DNA of 60,377 nucleotides, counting the filler, from Sphacelaria rigidula (taxonomy: Eukaryota), in NCBI GenBank assembly GCA_964200075.2. It is 8 parts of 8 records of this genome, joined end to end, with 100 filler letters (N's around TTAATTAATTAA, not from the genome) between each part and the next. Parts side by side here need not be neighbours in the genome. Positions count along the whole stretch, not along the records: positions 7,561 to 15,020 come from CAXNAA020014824.1; positions 15,121 to 22,580 come from CAXNAA020014825.1; positions 22,681 to 30,140 come from CAXNAA020014826.1; 5 more parts are not named here. The stretch is one strand, 5' to 3'. The notes below the pieces were generated by a model that saw nothing but the letters and a program-made list of their open reading frames with translations, made no database searches and was not told the DNA's origin. Positions 11,371-25,123 of this stretch are shown here, one piece after another; the first letter of the stretch is position 1, and every line of letters begins with the position of its first letter. A program made the position numbers and the translations under genes.

Positions 11371-12642
11371 CCGTCACCATCTCGGCCGTATCACCCACCT
11401 TGTCGTGTTTCCTCCGAGGTGGTATGAAGTTTTGACTTTACTGGTTGACCACTCTTTTCAGGCCTTCCTCCAGTTACTGTACTAGACAATTGATTACCTG
11501 GGTCACGGTCAAATAAAACGCTCGGCTTTTCACCCTCTTTCGTGTTTATTCTGTTTCAAGGAGCCAAATTTACGTAGTACATACCAGTCAGGCGACGCAA
11601 GGAGGCAAACGGCGCATTCTGTCGAGATAATGTTTCGTGATGATCGAGCTACATTGAAATTTTGTCTCATGGATAAAAAAATCGCATGGAAAAAAAAATC
11701 GCTGTTACGTTGTTGCTCGTTTCATGTACCCAGCGTTATGTGCTCGCCGTTTCTTCTTGCGTCGGGTTTCGACCTGCGGCGCCGGCACACGAGCAAGGGG
11801 ATATTACGGGGAAACGTTGCTATTTTTGTAGGAACTGAAAACATGGAACAGGGCAACTGCAGTGGTTGTTGGTCGAATTCAACGATGACTCAGATTAGCC
11901 CTAAGGTCCACGCGATCACCAGCCAGAAAGAAGAAAACAAGAACAAAATGCAAGCAGAACGTTTATAGAGGCGTAAAACGCCCGCGTGATTATCCACGGA
12001 GAAGCCTGCTGTCTCGCACTCTGTCACAGAGAAGCCGTTGACAACGCAGCAAGTAAAGTGCACGGTGTTTACGCTCCGTGGTGCCCTCGGAGGGCTACTG
12101 TATAAATAGGAGGGCTACTGTATAAATAGAAGCAGACACCCGATACCGCCCTCGCCCCCCCAAACGCGATCCCTAGCGTTGTCGAAAGTAGACGAATGCT
12201 CACAAGCGTGGTCATGGTTCTAATATTCATCACATTTGAACGAATTACGTTGCACTATATACATTTCCCTTGAACGAACAACCCCAAACTCCGAGCCCCA
12301 CACATCTCTAGACATCAAGTAGGCCATTGATGACCGCCTGGAGATCATCCGGCGCCCCGTGTGCTGACGTTGATGTACGCGGGCCAAATGCGCTTTGCCC
12401 CCTGCCCCGAATGTGTCATCGGGACGATAGCCTCTACGCAAAACGTTCGTGAGCGTTTTATTACATTGCAAGACGACACTGAGAAACGTTCTCCAGATCT
12501 GTTTTGGGACTGTTCCGGGGAACGCCTCTTTGGATCTCACGCTGGACGTTCCTACGAACGAACGGCGAGCGTTTGGAATAGTGTTCCCCATGAGCTGCAC
12601 GGTTTTTGTCGTAAGTTGCTCACTATAAATGAGGACTGGCGA

Positions 12643-12667
12643 CAGCAAGAACAGCAAGAACAGCAAG

Positions 12668-12705
<38 letters not shown>
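12643..12705 (+). repeat. (CAGCAAGAA)3(CAA)n microsatellite, possibly the 3' tail of a LINE remnant
   Basis: Read directly. Preceded by RTASVWNSVP, which resembles the WNxLP motif near LINE ORF2 C-termini (inference). Confidence 0.6.
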
Positions 12706-12707
<2 letters not shown>

Positions 12708-13445
12708 TCAGCACTGAGCATTGCTGCCACGGCCACAGAAGGCGCGACCGCCACTACATGTTCTTCTAGTTTTGTTGTTTTCTTCTTTCGTTACTACACT
12801 GGTCTCACATCTGACGACCCGGCGTTCCCATGAATAGAAGTATGAATAGTTTGATAGTCTTGCGTGTGTCTGCCGTTACCTCATCAACACCACATATATG
12901 TTGAAGTGGACGGTCCTGTACTCCTTTGTAGAGCAGCCTCCTCACTACCGCGGGCACGTGATTCTGCTTGTGTGCTACTCTCTCTCAAACTGAAGTACAA
13001 GATAATTGTGACTCAAGGTATCTAACCCTCAACCTCACCAATCGAAGGGTATGGGTTTCGCATCCATCTGATATACTATTAATACCATGACTCGCGCGCG
13101 GTCTTCATCGCACGCTTTCAAACCGCCGGATGCTTTTCTCGTCATTGTATTGTGCCCTTTCCTTATCCTCCCCGACCCCCGTCCTTGCTTCTTCGAGACG
13201 AATCCGTGGTCTACATCTCTCTCCCCCGAAAGTAGTAGTTACCTTGAACTTGTATTGTCGAGTATTGGACGATCAGCACCACTGCGGCCCGCCCGCTTTC
13301 ATCGATTCGTTCGAAAATATTTCTCGTCGTGTTTCAAGTGGACATGAATGTCAACAATGCTTTAGCTACCATCGTACAATGCGCGTTCACTGTATCTCCG
13401 TGATTCATCGCGTCTAAATATTACGAAACCCCAAACAACACGCAG

Positions 13446-13610
13446 AGCGAGCTGTGATGAACTCAGGGCTGGCATTGCCGGCATGGCAGGGGACACGACC
13501 ATCACCTTCTCCAGCGGCGCTGTGGATTGCCCTATCCTGGCCGACAACGAACTGGAAGAGTTCGTCATCGAAGGAGGCGTGCTCACGCTCACCGGCGTGA
13601 GCACCACCAA
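13446..13610 (+). CDS. Isolated internal exon, probable secreted or surface protein (N-terminal-like region of adhesin/polymorphic-membrane-protein-like algal proteins)
   Basis: Acceptor CAACACGCAG|, donor |GTAAGA, 165 bp, symmetric phase 2. Encodes ASCDELRAGIAGMAGDTTITFSSGAVDCPILADNELEEFVIEGGVLTLTGVSTT with high GC3. The family call is tentative. Confidence 0.65.
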
Positions 13611-14499
13611 GTAAGAATGGTTGTATCCTGAACATTAGCCCTCTTATGCAGTACATTACTTTGACCCTGTCGTGTGAAACGTCGGCGCGTTCTTAGTACG
13701 TACCACCCAGCTCTTTTGGACGAGTGTTGTATTTCAGAACTGCATCATTTTGTAGTCAATTCTATATTCTCCAAAGAGTTTTGCACACACCGTTCGTTGG
13801 TAGACTGAAACGTTACCGCTTTCCGGCGACCACTTTGTTGTCCATCCGATTTTCATCGTGTGTACGTAGTATCTTGCCTGGCCGGGAAGCTTGCTAGGTG
13901 GTTCAGTCCTCACAAGAAACTTTCAGATGTTGTACCCCATTTCCTCCCTTTATTTCCTCGTCCATCTTGTAGTGCACCGTGTCCACCTCTATCTTTGAGT
14001 TTTCTGTACTGCTCGTCATGCAGCTATTGCTGAAGAAAACGAAATCTATTCCATCGTGTGGGTGATACTTTCTAGATGTGCAGGCTTACGCTGCTTCGAA
14101 AAGCTTGGATAAAATATATCTGAACCCGCTATCACAGGCTTTACCTTTGAGTAGGTGCCACTTTCAGATAAATTCACATAATGCAGCATAGAGCAGGACA
14201 CTCCACGAACTTAGAGTCAACAAACTGAGGACGAACGCAGTCCTCATGGTGGTCAGTGTTACGTGGGAGCATAGTATTCTCAAAACCGTCTTTTGCCTAG
14301 ATTTTCCCCCGTTTTCCAACGTACACCACCGCTATTTTTTGCGCACCATAGCGATGTATACATGGGTTTATATGTTATATACGAAATGATGATAACCCCT
14401 TGACAGACACTGCTGGTAGTATTGTCCATTCATGGGGGTGCATTCCAGATACCCCCCCCGCGCGCCCGCCCTGAGAGAAGGGATCTGAAAGAGGGGATC

Positions 14500-15020
14500 T
14501 GGATGAAAAAATATCGGTATGACCCATGGACGCGGCGATAAAATTGATAGTGCGATTTCGGGTGGGGGACCTGGACCTGCCAGAAAGAAAGAGATATATC
14601 AGTAGTCATGTAGAGGAGGAAGTAGATGCATAGAACTACCCCTGTGGCAAAGCAGTAGAGAGCAGAACTCACATAGTTGCAGAATGTGAACTATACAAGA
14701 AGGAACGGGACGTGCTAGAGGGGGAAATGCGGGACGTGAACGAAGGTGGCATGAAACCCTTTGATGTATTAGACAGTGGCAAGAATACCATGGCTAGACG
14801 AGGAGATAGATAGTGGCGACAGACGGCGAAACAGGATGGGAATAAGATATGTAGAAGGTTTTTGTGTAATGTATTGAAGAGGCGTCATGAGCTATTGAAG
14901 AAACGTAATGAGCACCGGAATATTGGAGGTGTCTCTATTAGGAGTGTAAACGGTGCTCCGTCTCGAAAGGGATGCGTGGTCAATAGTCAAACGACTAAGG
15001 CAAGCAACAAATGAGCACGC
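14500..15020 (+). mobile_element. 3' end of a non-LTR retrotransposon (LINE ORF2 C-terminus and terminus)
   Basis: Degenerate CCHC-like PCGKAVESRTHIVAEC. The terminus GTGGTCAATAGTCAAACGACTAAGGCAAGCAACAAATGAGCACGC recurs at 52707-52750, where poly(C) follows. Confidence 0.7.
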
Positions 15021-15256
15021 NNNNNNNNNNNNNNNNNNNNNNNNNNNNNNNNNNNNNNNNNNNNTTAATTAATTAANNNNNNNNNNNNNNNNNNNNNNNN
15101 NNNNNNNNNNNNNNNNNNNNGTACCCCCCCCCTCCCCCCCCCTCACCGCCACACAAGATCTTCACCAAAACCGACGATGACTACGAGAACGGTAGACGCA
15201 GCTCTCAGAGAGCAGCGAGCACCAAAACGACTGCAATATTGACGTCACCTCCCTTT

Positions 15257-16668
15257 TCAAGATCCCAAACGCGCGACGTCTAGGGGCTGCGTGATGTGTG
15301 ATGAGTGCGACGGAAGCTGAAACAGCTCAATATTGAGCGACATCGCCAACTTGATCACTTCGAGGGTGAGGTGGGACGCGTGCTCATGGAGCACCTGCAC
15401 GTGCGGCTTGCCGTCAGCCTTCTCGGTTGGTGCCAACACTGTGCTTGTGGAACGCCTTTATGAAGCTAATGACCACAGGTCCCTGCATGAATGACGATTC
15501 GGTTGAAGCGTAGAACGCACCCGGTGGACCCCCGCCATTAACCCCCGCCGGCTGCACTCGCTGCCCTTCAGAAATCATCAGCGCTGGAGTCACCTCGCCC
15601 GTCGAAGTGATGGTGGTGACCACCGTAACATTTTCGCGGGAGTTGGAATGCTTTGTGCCGACGACCTTTTGTCCTCTCTCGGCGATGACCTTCCACGCCT
15701 TGGTCCCTTGCGGAGTACGGCGAAGATCTCCACGAGTGACGTGTGTAGGGGGGGGAGGGGGCGGCGGCGGGGGTATTACATAATACTGCTGTACGGTATC
15801 GACTAGTGCGTCGAGTATCGGGTGGTACGCAGAGTACTGCCACCACTTCTAATGCCGATACTTGCAACATCTCTACAGCCAGTATGGGCAGTGCCTCTAT
15901 AAAGAGTGAGTACAATCAACAGAACACGCCGATGCAGGAAGATGACACGCAAAGCAGACTACCGCCAAGTGCGGGGTAGGCTAAGAGTGCGGCGAGACTA
16001 ATACCGTTTAAACGCAGCATATTTCAGATCAGGCAATCACCACTCCACAACAACGGCCTCTGGCTCTAGCTGTAGACACATGCGTTGTATCACATGAACG
16101 GAACGGCTCATAACAGACTGTAAACCACCTGTCTCGTCAGTGTTCCACATGTGGTCGATCGCTGGCTTCTCCCTGTCCACGTACAGTAGTTCTGCCAGGC
16201 CGCATAAAACTCCCACATGCGATCTTCTTCATCAGCCACCACTCTGTCGGCCTTTTAGATGCAGCTGATGCGCTCCGCTAGCCGCAGGTACCTCTGAAGG
16301 AACAAGTCGAGCTATTCTCGGCCTGGGCCTACTGCCGGATCCCATGGCACTGGTCGGTTGTCGTTGCAGAGTGCCATAACCGGCTGTTTCAGGTCATCTC
16401 TTTTCAGGCCCAGTTGACCAGCTGCGGCGAATTTCAGTGTATTTTCGATGGAATGTTCTTCCGCCGTCAACAGTACGGTGCCCGGGCCAACCCTGCCAGC
16501 TGTGCCTACGCTGCCACTGACATGCTTCTGAAGCGAACCGACAGAGATGTCAAAGGTGTACGCAGCAGCACGGAAGGTGATGCGACCTCTGCGTACCGCT
16601 TCTACGGCCTCTGCTGCACGCTCTGGGTCCACCGTTTCAACCAAAAACCTGATATGGGAGAAAGACAC
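15257..16668 (-). pseudogene. pogo/Fot1-type (DDE_1) transposase pseudogene, interrupted
   Basis: N-terminal psq-type HTH (AVEAVRRGRITFRAAAYTFDISVGSL...GPGTVL) and C-terminal HASHLTLEVIKLA...LFQLPSHSSHITQPLDV. Frameshifts, with unrelated DNA at ~15730-16150. Confidence 0.85.
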
Positions 16669-16799
16669 ACACGCTTATGCTCAGAGCTGTGGGATAATGT
16701 TTCACGATGCTATAGGCATGAGCAGTAGCTCAAGCGAAGCGTCGTACTCCTGTGCACACGCAGCGAAAAACAGAACGGAAAACGAAGGATATTCAGCGG

Positions 16800-17640
16800 A
16801 GTTATGGACGATTAAAAACACTTGCATCTTAATTTGTACTGTGTCTTGATAGGGACATTTACCTCTATGGAGAGAGGCCCAAGCAACATATACATCGAGT
16901 AAAAGCACCGTAAGGTGGGAGGAGTGTGCTGTAGCTGGATAAATGGTGAAAACTATGGAGAAGAAAATAAAGAGATTGTGGGAAGATGTAGTTAATGAAA
17001 CAAATTAAGATTTCGATGGCGGGATGAAGCGAATGTGGATAGGGACAAAAGGCAACTGAACAAACAGGCAGGAAAGACAGACAAAGGAAAACCACACCAA
17101 GAGCACAGAACGGTAACATGGTTACTTTGAAGAGGAAAATAATAGTACCAGTAAACAATGCCAAAAACTAGAAACACCAGAAACTAAGAGGAGGTTTGAC
17201 ACAAAATTGGAGATGGACATCAACGCCTGAGCAGAGGCAAATGTATAGGCATCAACATCGGGAAGATAGTGATTTGAACGAATTGCAGGGGGATTACAAA
17301 GAGGAAGTAAAGGAGTCTATAGCTATACTTTAGAAGAAAAAGGCAGCAGAGGTACACGAAATAGTGGATGAATTCATGAAGTGCGGGGGAAAGGAAATAA
17401 TAGCCATGATGATTACAGTATGCTGTATATTGGACCTGGGAAAATGCGTGACGGGGAAATATCGACGCATCTTGACATCTAACGTGGAGTTGCACAAGAG
17501 TGTACGTCATCACTCATCTTATTCAAGGTATTTACCAATGGCATGGTCGTAGCAGTAGAGGCAGCGACACAAGGAGTTTGGGTGGGGGAAGATACGGTAT
17601 CGAGATTGATGTTCGCAGATGATTCCGCGGGAATATCATA
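16800..17640 (+). pseudogene. LINE reverse-transcriptase fragments
   Basis: EFMKCGGKEIIAMMIT (17368+) and GVWVGEDTVSRLMFADDSAG (17573+, FADD catalytic motif) on an A/G-rich coding strand. Confidence 0.75.
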
Positions 17641-18929
17641 AACACCAGGAGGGAAATTCCCGAGAATCGAACCCCTGTTCTTCCGACCGAATGGCTTCAG
17701 GTGTACAGTGTATCATCAGACCACTGGGGTGCGGCGTGTGATTGCAACGCAAATTAGCCGCTAAATGAACGCCTCCGCGGTTACCATGACTGCTTTGCAG
17801 GGGGGTTTGGGTAGCCGCGCGCACTGACTATACATGGTTCGGGGGTAGTCGCCACCCGGGTCAAACCTGAGACCTTGATCCCCCACCCAGATGGCCAATA
17901 GTACCCGTGGTCAACCTGGCTTTGGGGTGATTTTTTTTCGAGCGACCGGAGACCTATGTACGCGAACACGGGAATGCTGAACATTTGTACAAAAAATTGT
18001 GCGAGAGGATCCTTGACCGGCTGAGCCATTTTCGGGCGGTACTACATGCTTCCACACTTTGCAAGACACTTTGCAAGCGGTGCACGCTGTTCTACACCAA
18101 GTATCGCTATGATACGTATACGCAAGCACCATACTCTCTCCCCGTGCTTTGGCCGCCTTGGTACTTTTTGGGGTTGTGCTGGCGCACCTCGACCATAGGT
18201 TGACTCCTAAGTGTTGTACTTCTCTACGTTTACCAACCAGAACTATCAAAATAGTCGCTTCACCCATGCGAGGCTTGTTGCCCGATCTACAGATTTCCTA
18301 CTCACGGCTTATCCGGGAGGGTTTCTCTAACAATCTGGGAACTCGCCCCCCGCCCAAACGAGGGGACCCACTTCCCACTGGGAACCCCCTGGATGCTCCA
18401 GGACTATCAGTCCACTGTACTGGGACGAGGCTTGGGGTTGAAGGGTTCAAATAGTTGGGAGGGTAATCCAGAAATGATGTTCACCAAAAAGCAGGATCAT
18501 ATAGGACATACCCGTGCAAATTTGACGTAGCTAGGGTACGGTACCGATGCGTAGAGAAACTCTGTCTTGCGCATCGGCCGCCTGGGGGAGAATATGCTCT
18601 TCCCCTCTGTTTTTGTCAACACATGCGTGTAGCACATATCCGCCCGATCGATGGGCCGGAACAATTCCGAGTAAAGCAGAGTTTATGAGGTGCTTCACGA
18701 AGTCCGCGAGTTTGTACAAAAAGAGCACCTTCTGGGCGCAATGAATGCGAAGGTATATCTCTTCTAAACTGAATCAGGTTTCTGAACTAGCGATTCGTAG
18801 GGAATTACGCGCCTGATTTCCGGCTTTTAGTCGTACAGCATGATTCTTTGACATATTTTCGTGTTCATCATTCCTACGGCACGACTCTTCTGCACTTTCC
18901 ACTCCCCCAAACCTTGGTTTGTACCGCGC

Positions 18930-19990
18930 ATCAATCAACTGTACGCCTCACTATCCTTGATCCGTGGTTCACGAATTATATTCGTATAATACCGATCATT
19001 CGTATGTATTTCCCGCCCTTGATTTGCACGGTACAAATCAATAGTGCATATCCCACACCCGTTATTCGTGGGATACGTTTTTTTACACAATTTTCCCGGC
19101 CATGATTCGTACGGCACGATTCTCTCGCGTATCTGTCAAACCTGTCATTCATACGCCACGTCGTTGCGACTTTCGCACATTTGATAACTAGTAATCTACG
19201 GCATGCCAAGACTCATACGCAGTTGAAATGTGCGTTCAGGGTGGTTGAACCGTGTATCCCGTACCGTCTTCATGTCCCTTCCATGGATTATGTAATCACG
19301 ATTCACCAAGTAAGCAGCGGAGCAGTCGTGCAGCAGATGCCTGCCCCCATCGCTGTGGCGATCACACGTCAAAACCACTACGCAACTATGCATCGCGATC
19401 GCAATACTCCGAACTGTGCGTTGCGGTTGTGAAGGTTCAGTCGTTTTAGGTTGCAGTGTCAAAATCCGTTCTTGTCGAGGGGTATGGGATCTTGTCCTGG
19501 TGAGGGGAACAAACAGCGCTGTTGGTTTCGAAGTGTCAGTAGCAAGATGAACACAATGTTGTTTTGCTTTGACGCACAGCATCTCGATGGAATGAAGGAG
19601 TGGGCGGACAACGGAGAGGTTGTCAGCTTTTCAGAATCAGTTCTCGTGGTTGGTGTGGCCGAAGAGCAATTCAATAGCTTTCACTCACAGTGGGGACGTG
19701 TTGCTCTGTGGAAGATAGGTTGTAGAACGGAACGAGGGGATGGTCACAGGGGCGTGGGATTATCCACATTGAGCCACAGCAGCGTGGCGGGCGGACAAGT
19801 AAGTCTTATTCAACGGTTGAGTTATTGCCTTGTATTCTCCCCCGTCAATCATGGAGGACTTCATTTCCTTGCTCAGAATTGCGATGCACCGCACGGCAGT
19901 GGTTATAATAATGGCGCTCTGTACTTGTTCGACGAGAAAGTTTACAAGTTCCCAGGGGCTGTGGATGGTGGGCGGGGTGTCCCGTATCGC
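18930..19990 (-). pseudogene. Probable piggyBac-like transposase remnant
   Basis: Ordered fragments PWELVNFLVEQ, ADNLSVVRPLLHSIEMLC (cf. DxLxKvRPLl) and IKCAKVATTWRMNDRFDRY (cf. PxVVxxYNxxMGGVDxxD). Highly decayed, no TTAA ends found. Confidence 0.45.
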
Positions 19991-20600
19991 AGGCGTTCAT
20001 GGATGCTAAGATTATTCTTGGTCGTTTGCACGAAGCAGTGAAGCGATTTCTACACGAACGGTGATTCGTTGTCATTCCAACTATTCGTTCATATTTCCAG
20101 AGCTACGCATGGGATACACGTTTTCCCCGCCCGTCACTTGTCAGGCATGGATCGAGTAGACTTTCCTAGCAGTGACAGCTGTGGTAGCTGTGATTTCCCG
20201 CAAGAAAGGTGACTCACACATGATCCCAAATGATCCCATCCGTGATTCGTGGGGGGGGTGTTCCCGCGTACTGTATTCCTACCCTTGGTCCGGACAGTAC
20301 GCCTCTTTTACATTTTTTTTTCAGTGGTGACTCGTGCGGGACCGATCGCACGAATTTGGACGCAAACTACGCGCGAATGTGCTCAGTCCAGCACCAGCAT
20401 CACCAGGGAGAGACCTCAACTTTGAACCGTAGCCCCAGTATTTGGCCAGAATACGTCCCGTTGCATCGGCATCTCGTATATCAACCAATGGCGCAAAAAA
20501 TGGCGAACTCTTACAGCACGGTCTCCATCTTTGCTTCTAAATGAAGGCTGCAGACAGGCTGGTTCACGGAAACAGACCCAAAAAACACTCATCGGCGAAA

Positions 20601-20868
20601 CTTCACGGCGTTTTAAGGAGTTAGACCCTAAAATTTCGCACAAGTGTTCTATGGGTCATTACCCAATTTTCCAAGGTCGAGTTTTTTTCTCACTTTTTTC
20701 ACTTTTTTCACCATTTCTTGGAGGTCCCAGTTTTTGGGGGGAAACTTCGATCCAGTCGGACCCCCTTAAAACAGTGAAAGGAAAACCTCGCTTATCCAAA
20801 GTTGCGTAATTACCCATAGAACACCTGTGCGAAATTTCAGGGTCTAACTCCTTCTAACGGCGTGGAGT
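20601..20868. repeat. Inverted repeat pair (~65-bp arms), with a third arm copy at ~21200-21260
   Basis: TTCACGGCGTTTTAAGGAGTTAGACCCTAAAATTTCGCACAAGTGTTCTATGGGT versus ACCCATAGAACACCTGTGCGAAATTTCAGGGTCTAACTCCTTCTAACGGCGTGGA. Confidence 0.75.
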
Positions 20869-23800
20869 TTTTCGCGGTTGTGCGATGAACCTTGCCGTGC
20901 CACGGTGAAACCGCAAACTACTAGATTTTAGTATGAAAATAGCGTTTTTTGGACCTTGTTTGACGTGTCATGAAAATTCAAGCATCGGTTAATCGAGTTT
21001 GGCCACGAAATTCTGTGAGACTTTTCCTCTGGGTTTTGCGGCGACAGGGCGTCTGCGAAAAAATGAAAAAACGATCGTAGTGCCGGCTTTCCGGAGTCCC
21101 AGAATGGAGATGACTTCGAGCAAACGACTTCGATCCCGTCGGACCCCCGAAAACGGTAATAAAGTCAAGAAGGAGAAAAACCTCGTCGATCGAAACTGGC
21201 GTAATGACCCATAGCACATTTGTGCAAAGTGTCAGGGTCTTACTCCTAATAACTGCGTGAACGTTTGCGCGTTTGTGCGAGGACGTGAGCTGAAAATGTG
21301 CAAACTGCTAACTACTTGGTTTTAGTATAAAACGTCTTTTTGGGGTATTTTAACGTAAAACTGTACGAGGTTTCGGTTTTCTCGACCAAACTTTGTACGT
21401 GTGTTCCTTGGACTATCCCGGGACGCATCGTGTTATTCTTTTCTCTTTTGGGGCATTCTGTACCGCCGTCCGGGGGTCTTTAAAGTGGGGCCCCCGGAAG
21501 CCGGTAGAGAACGGAGAAAGGTTGAAATATTGCGAAGAATACGGTTTTTCCATTTGGAGCAGCAATACCTAAGGAACTGCTAAGTTTCAGGATGGTCTGA
21601 GCTGTTCTACAACATATATAAGGGGAATCATCACGAGGCTCCATTGGTCTTTCCTACGTATCATGAGTTGAAATTAGACGACGCCAAAACTTCACATCAC
21701 CGAATCATTACGGTTTCGGGCGTAATTCGACCCCGTTGGAATCGTTTTCAAATCTGTTTCTCCCGTTAGATTTCCGAGCTGATGACGGTTACTACGATTC
21801 GAAGCATGAGGGCATTCGGTGGAAATTGGGCTTGGAATTCGTGTTTCCAATGTCAGACTAATTTGAAAGGCGCTGATTGGTAGAGGCACATTTTTGTCCA
21901 TAGCGCCACCGCTATAGCTTCGAACAAAAACCCGGCTATGTTCCCCTCTTTGTCTGTTCATTGCGGTCAGTATAATACCATGTATGCGACTATTGGGTGC
22001 GTAGTGCGGAAGGCGTTTGCTTATGACAGAATTTGGGTCTTTTGCGTGAACCAGCCTGTGGAAAATTGCGGTGCGACTCCTGACGGTCCAATGAAATCAT
22101 GAATCATATGGGCGTTCCATCATATATATTTTGCATTGCATAGAGTCCTCCTCTCAGCCAACGTATTACGTGGTGTATTGAGGCAGATAATGTGTCGACA
22201 CGGTTCGTCACAGTAGGCTACCGTAGCGAAGTAACTACAGTAGGCCACGCACTGGAGCTTGCTGCAGCTCTTGCGCATGAGCTGGCAAGACTGATACGTC
22301 AGGAGCACGCTGAATCAAATGATAAGTATCGTTTTACGAACGCGTTCCTAGTGAGTTTCGAAACATTTGTTTCAGAAGTGATGGCCGCGTAGGTTCGACG
22401 GTCTCGATCCCCTACTGTACTCACTCTCCCTACTTTCCTTCAGCTATGTATCGTGAGATACCCATGACGCAGTGTGTTCCTGTTTTGCTTGTATCGCGTT
22501 TTGTGAGTTTTGAATCTGGGTCTATTTTGTTTTTTGTTTTTTTTGCTAGCCTGTGACCACGGAAGGCGTCCGCATCAGCTNNNNNNNNNNNNNNNNNNNN
22601 NNNNNNNNNNNNNNNNNNNNNNNNTTAATTAATTAANNNNNNNNNNNNNNNNNNNNNNNNNNNNNNNNNNNNNNNNNNNNCCCCACCCCCAAACGCCTCG
22701 GCAATAAACAGGGGGACAACAGGCTGGGGGCCCCCCCCCCCCCCCCATCTAAAACTTGAATTATCGATCTTGGGGTCCACGTGTCCCGAAGTATTTTTTT
22801 GACAGACGCTCGGCAAAGGGTCCATTTTGTGTCTCTAAAATCTGTCACATGTCTCTCTTCATAACGCAGTCCATGCACATATATTTTGAAATCGGGTAGT
22901 AATAGAGCAGCAGACTCGACCAGAGCGCCAGAAGCATAAGTTGATGTAAAAATAACGTTCAAGTGTCATGAGCTGAAGACGACACATTCACATCATGATA
23001 CCATCTCTTGTCCTTGGCAGCGGCGGTCTTCAGTGTGAACCTCTCTGTGCTCGGCGGCTCATGGTCTGCACGTCCTTGGGGCTACGGTCAGGGGCAGGCA
23101 TACGGTGGGGTCGGCGGTTTGTGTTGGGTCACGGCTAGTGGGATGATTAATAATGAGTGGCAGAAGGGACCAGTTTGTAAAAATATTTTCATCTAATTGA
23201 TTGTGGGTTTCGTGGAGAGCCTTCTAGTGAGAACAAGAATAATGGATCATAACGAGGAGGGGTGGTATATCTTTCAGTTCCGGCACCACGCCCACGAAAA
23301 AAAAGCATTTCCTCTCCCGGTCTCCCGCTCATCTCTCTCTCTCTCTCTCTCCATTTTGCTTTCGTCCCCGTGTATGATAGTCGCAGTTTGGTGCCTCGCT
23401 TCCGTAGGGTTCATGAGAAAGAGCTCATGACGAAAATAGTGTGGCCGGACATAGCTAAACCGCGCAGTCTGTTACCACAGCTTCTTTGTTTCCGCTTGGG
23501 TATAAAGTGCATGTGCTTTTACTCGAGATTTTTTCCGTCTGAAGCGACGCTTCAGAGGCCGATCATCTATTATAGTTCTTGTTGTTTGAAGTCTTCATTT
23601 CGTTTTTTTTTTTTTCAGAGTCTCTTCTGTTCACCTGCTCCACCTTTACTGTTTCATTCTCTTTTCTTCAGCGAGCGTTTCCGTTTCGTTTGATCTTGGG
23701 GTGCGTATGTCTTGTGGATAATGACTACGACTGGCTCCCTCGGGGATCATCCAACCCTTTTGGAACTCGCGAAAGACAGTACACACGTCCATATGTGAGC

Positions 23801-25085
23801 TTTCGTCACCGGGAAAACGTCACTTCGAGTTCGGCGCACGAATCTGTCACATTACTATACTTGACCTTGGACTGATGCACGGTTTCGGTTGACTGCGACA
23901 GTTGTTGAAAAACAACCATATATTGCCCAAGAAAACGTCATTTGTAAATCGTCACTTGTCCCATCAACGGTGCCGAAAGGGTTCACATGCGATAATCAAT
24001 CAACTAGTCCCTCAAATCAATCAGCTGGAACCTCGATTGCGCTCTCTCAAAAGTCGAGAGACCATCCGTGCCTATTTTACTATAACTTTTGTCCGCACAT
24101 TAGTCCGATTTCGCGAACCCGTGGTCACAGACGTATCCTCGCCTTTCCAATACCGTTTCCTGCTATTCCTTACAAGACACATTACCAAAAATAAAAAGAA
24201 GACGAGGAATGCTCCGAAAACCGGTGCCTACAAAACAGAATTTGTGGATGAAGAAAGCCGGTCCATATTTCACTAGTTTCATCCATTTGTGTCATCAATC
24301 GTATTCTCAATGGTGCCCGCCGCAAGACGACCTACCAATATCGCCATCTCGACCATATCCCCGTAAGAATGACTGCAACACGCCATCTATCTGAAGATCA
24401 AATCCTGATCAATATCCACATTTTTCCCTGCAGAACTCCAACTACTTGTTAATATATATATATAAACTTTTGACACAAAACAAACAGAAGGGCAATAAAA
24501 AAAATAAAAAAGGATAATCTACGGGTGCACGACCTGGACCAACCGTTACGCCTTCGCCTGACTCGCCAGCACGCACATGTTGCACTGGTTACGCCACGGA
24601 TTCAACTACATCAGCGCTCACTCCAGAAAATCGTTGCAGCGAAGAGAACAATCTTCCTGCCTCGACAACCTTTTCGCCGAATTGCGTCCACGTACGTACG
24701 GATGCAGCGCCGTATTCTGCCCGGCACTCATCATGAAGCATTCGGTGTAAGGGATCACCGTCTGGGTGTAAAATAAATACTGACCACGCGTCCAATCCGA
24801 CATACGTGGGTCCCGTAACGCCAGATTATGTGCCGGATCCAACCGACTACGCGTCGTGTTCAACGATACAAACTTCCAGAATATTTCGACTCCCAACGGG
24901 TCTATGTTAAACAAAATACGAAACTATTGGACGCCACGGTACAGTGCTGCAGGGGGGGGGGGGGGGGGGGCCACTTCGCCGAAACACCACCCGGGGGGGT
25001 GGCGGAACCAATGCCCACACACACAAACCACAAAAAAAACNNNNNNNNNNAAAGGAAACAAAACAGAAAAAAAGTGAGCGGGCCG

Positions 25086-25123
<38 letters not shown>

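Noticed and set aside
12220-12717. Poly-Gln or poly-Leu protein
   Set aside because: Explained by a (CAA)n microsatellite, with no splice or codon-bias support.
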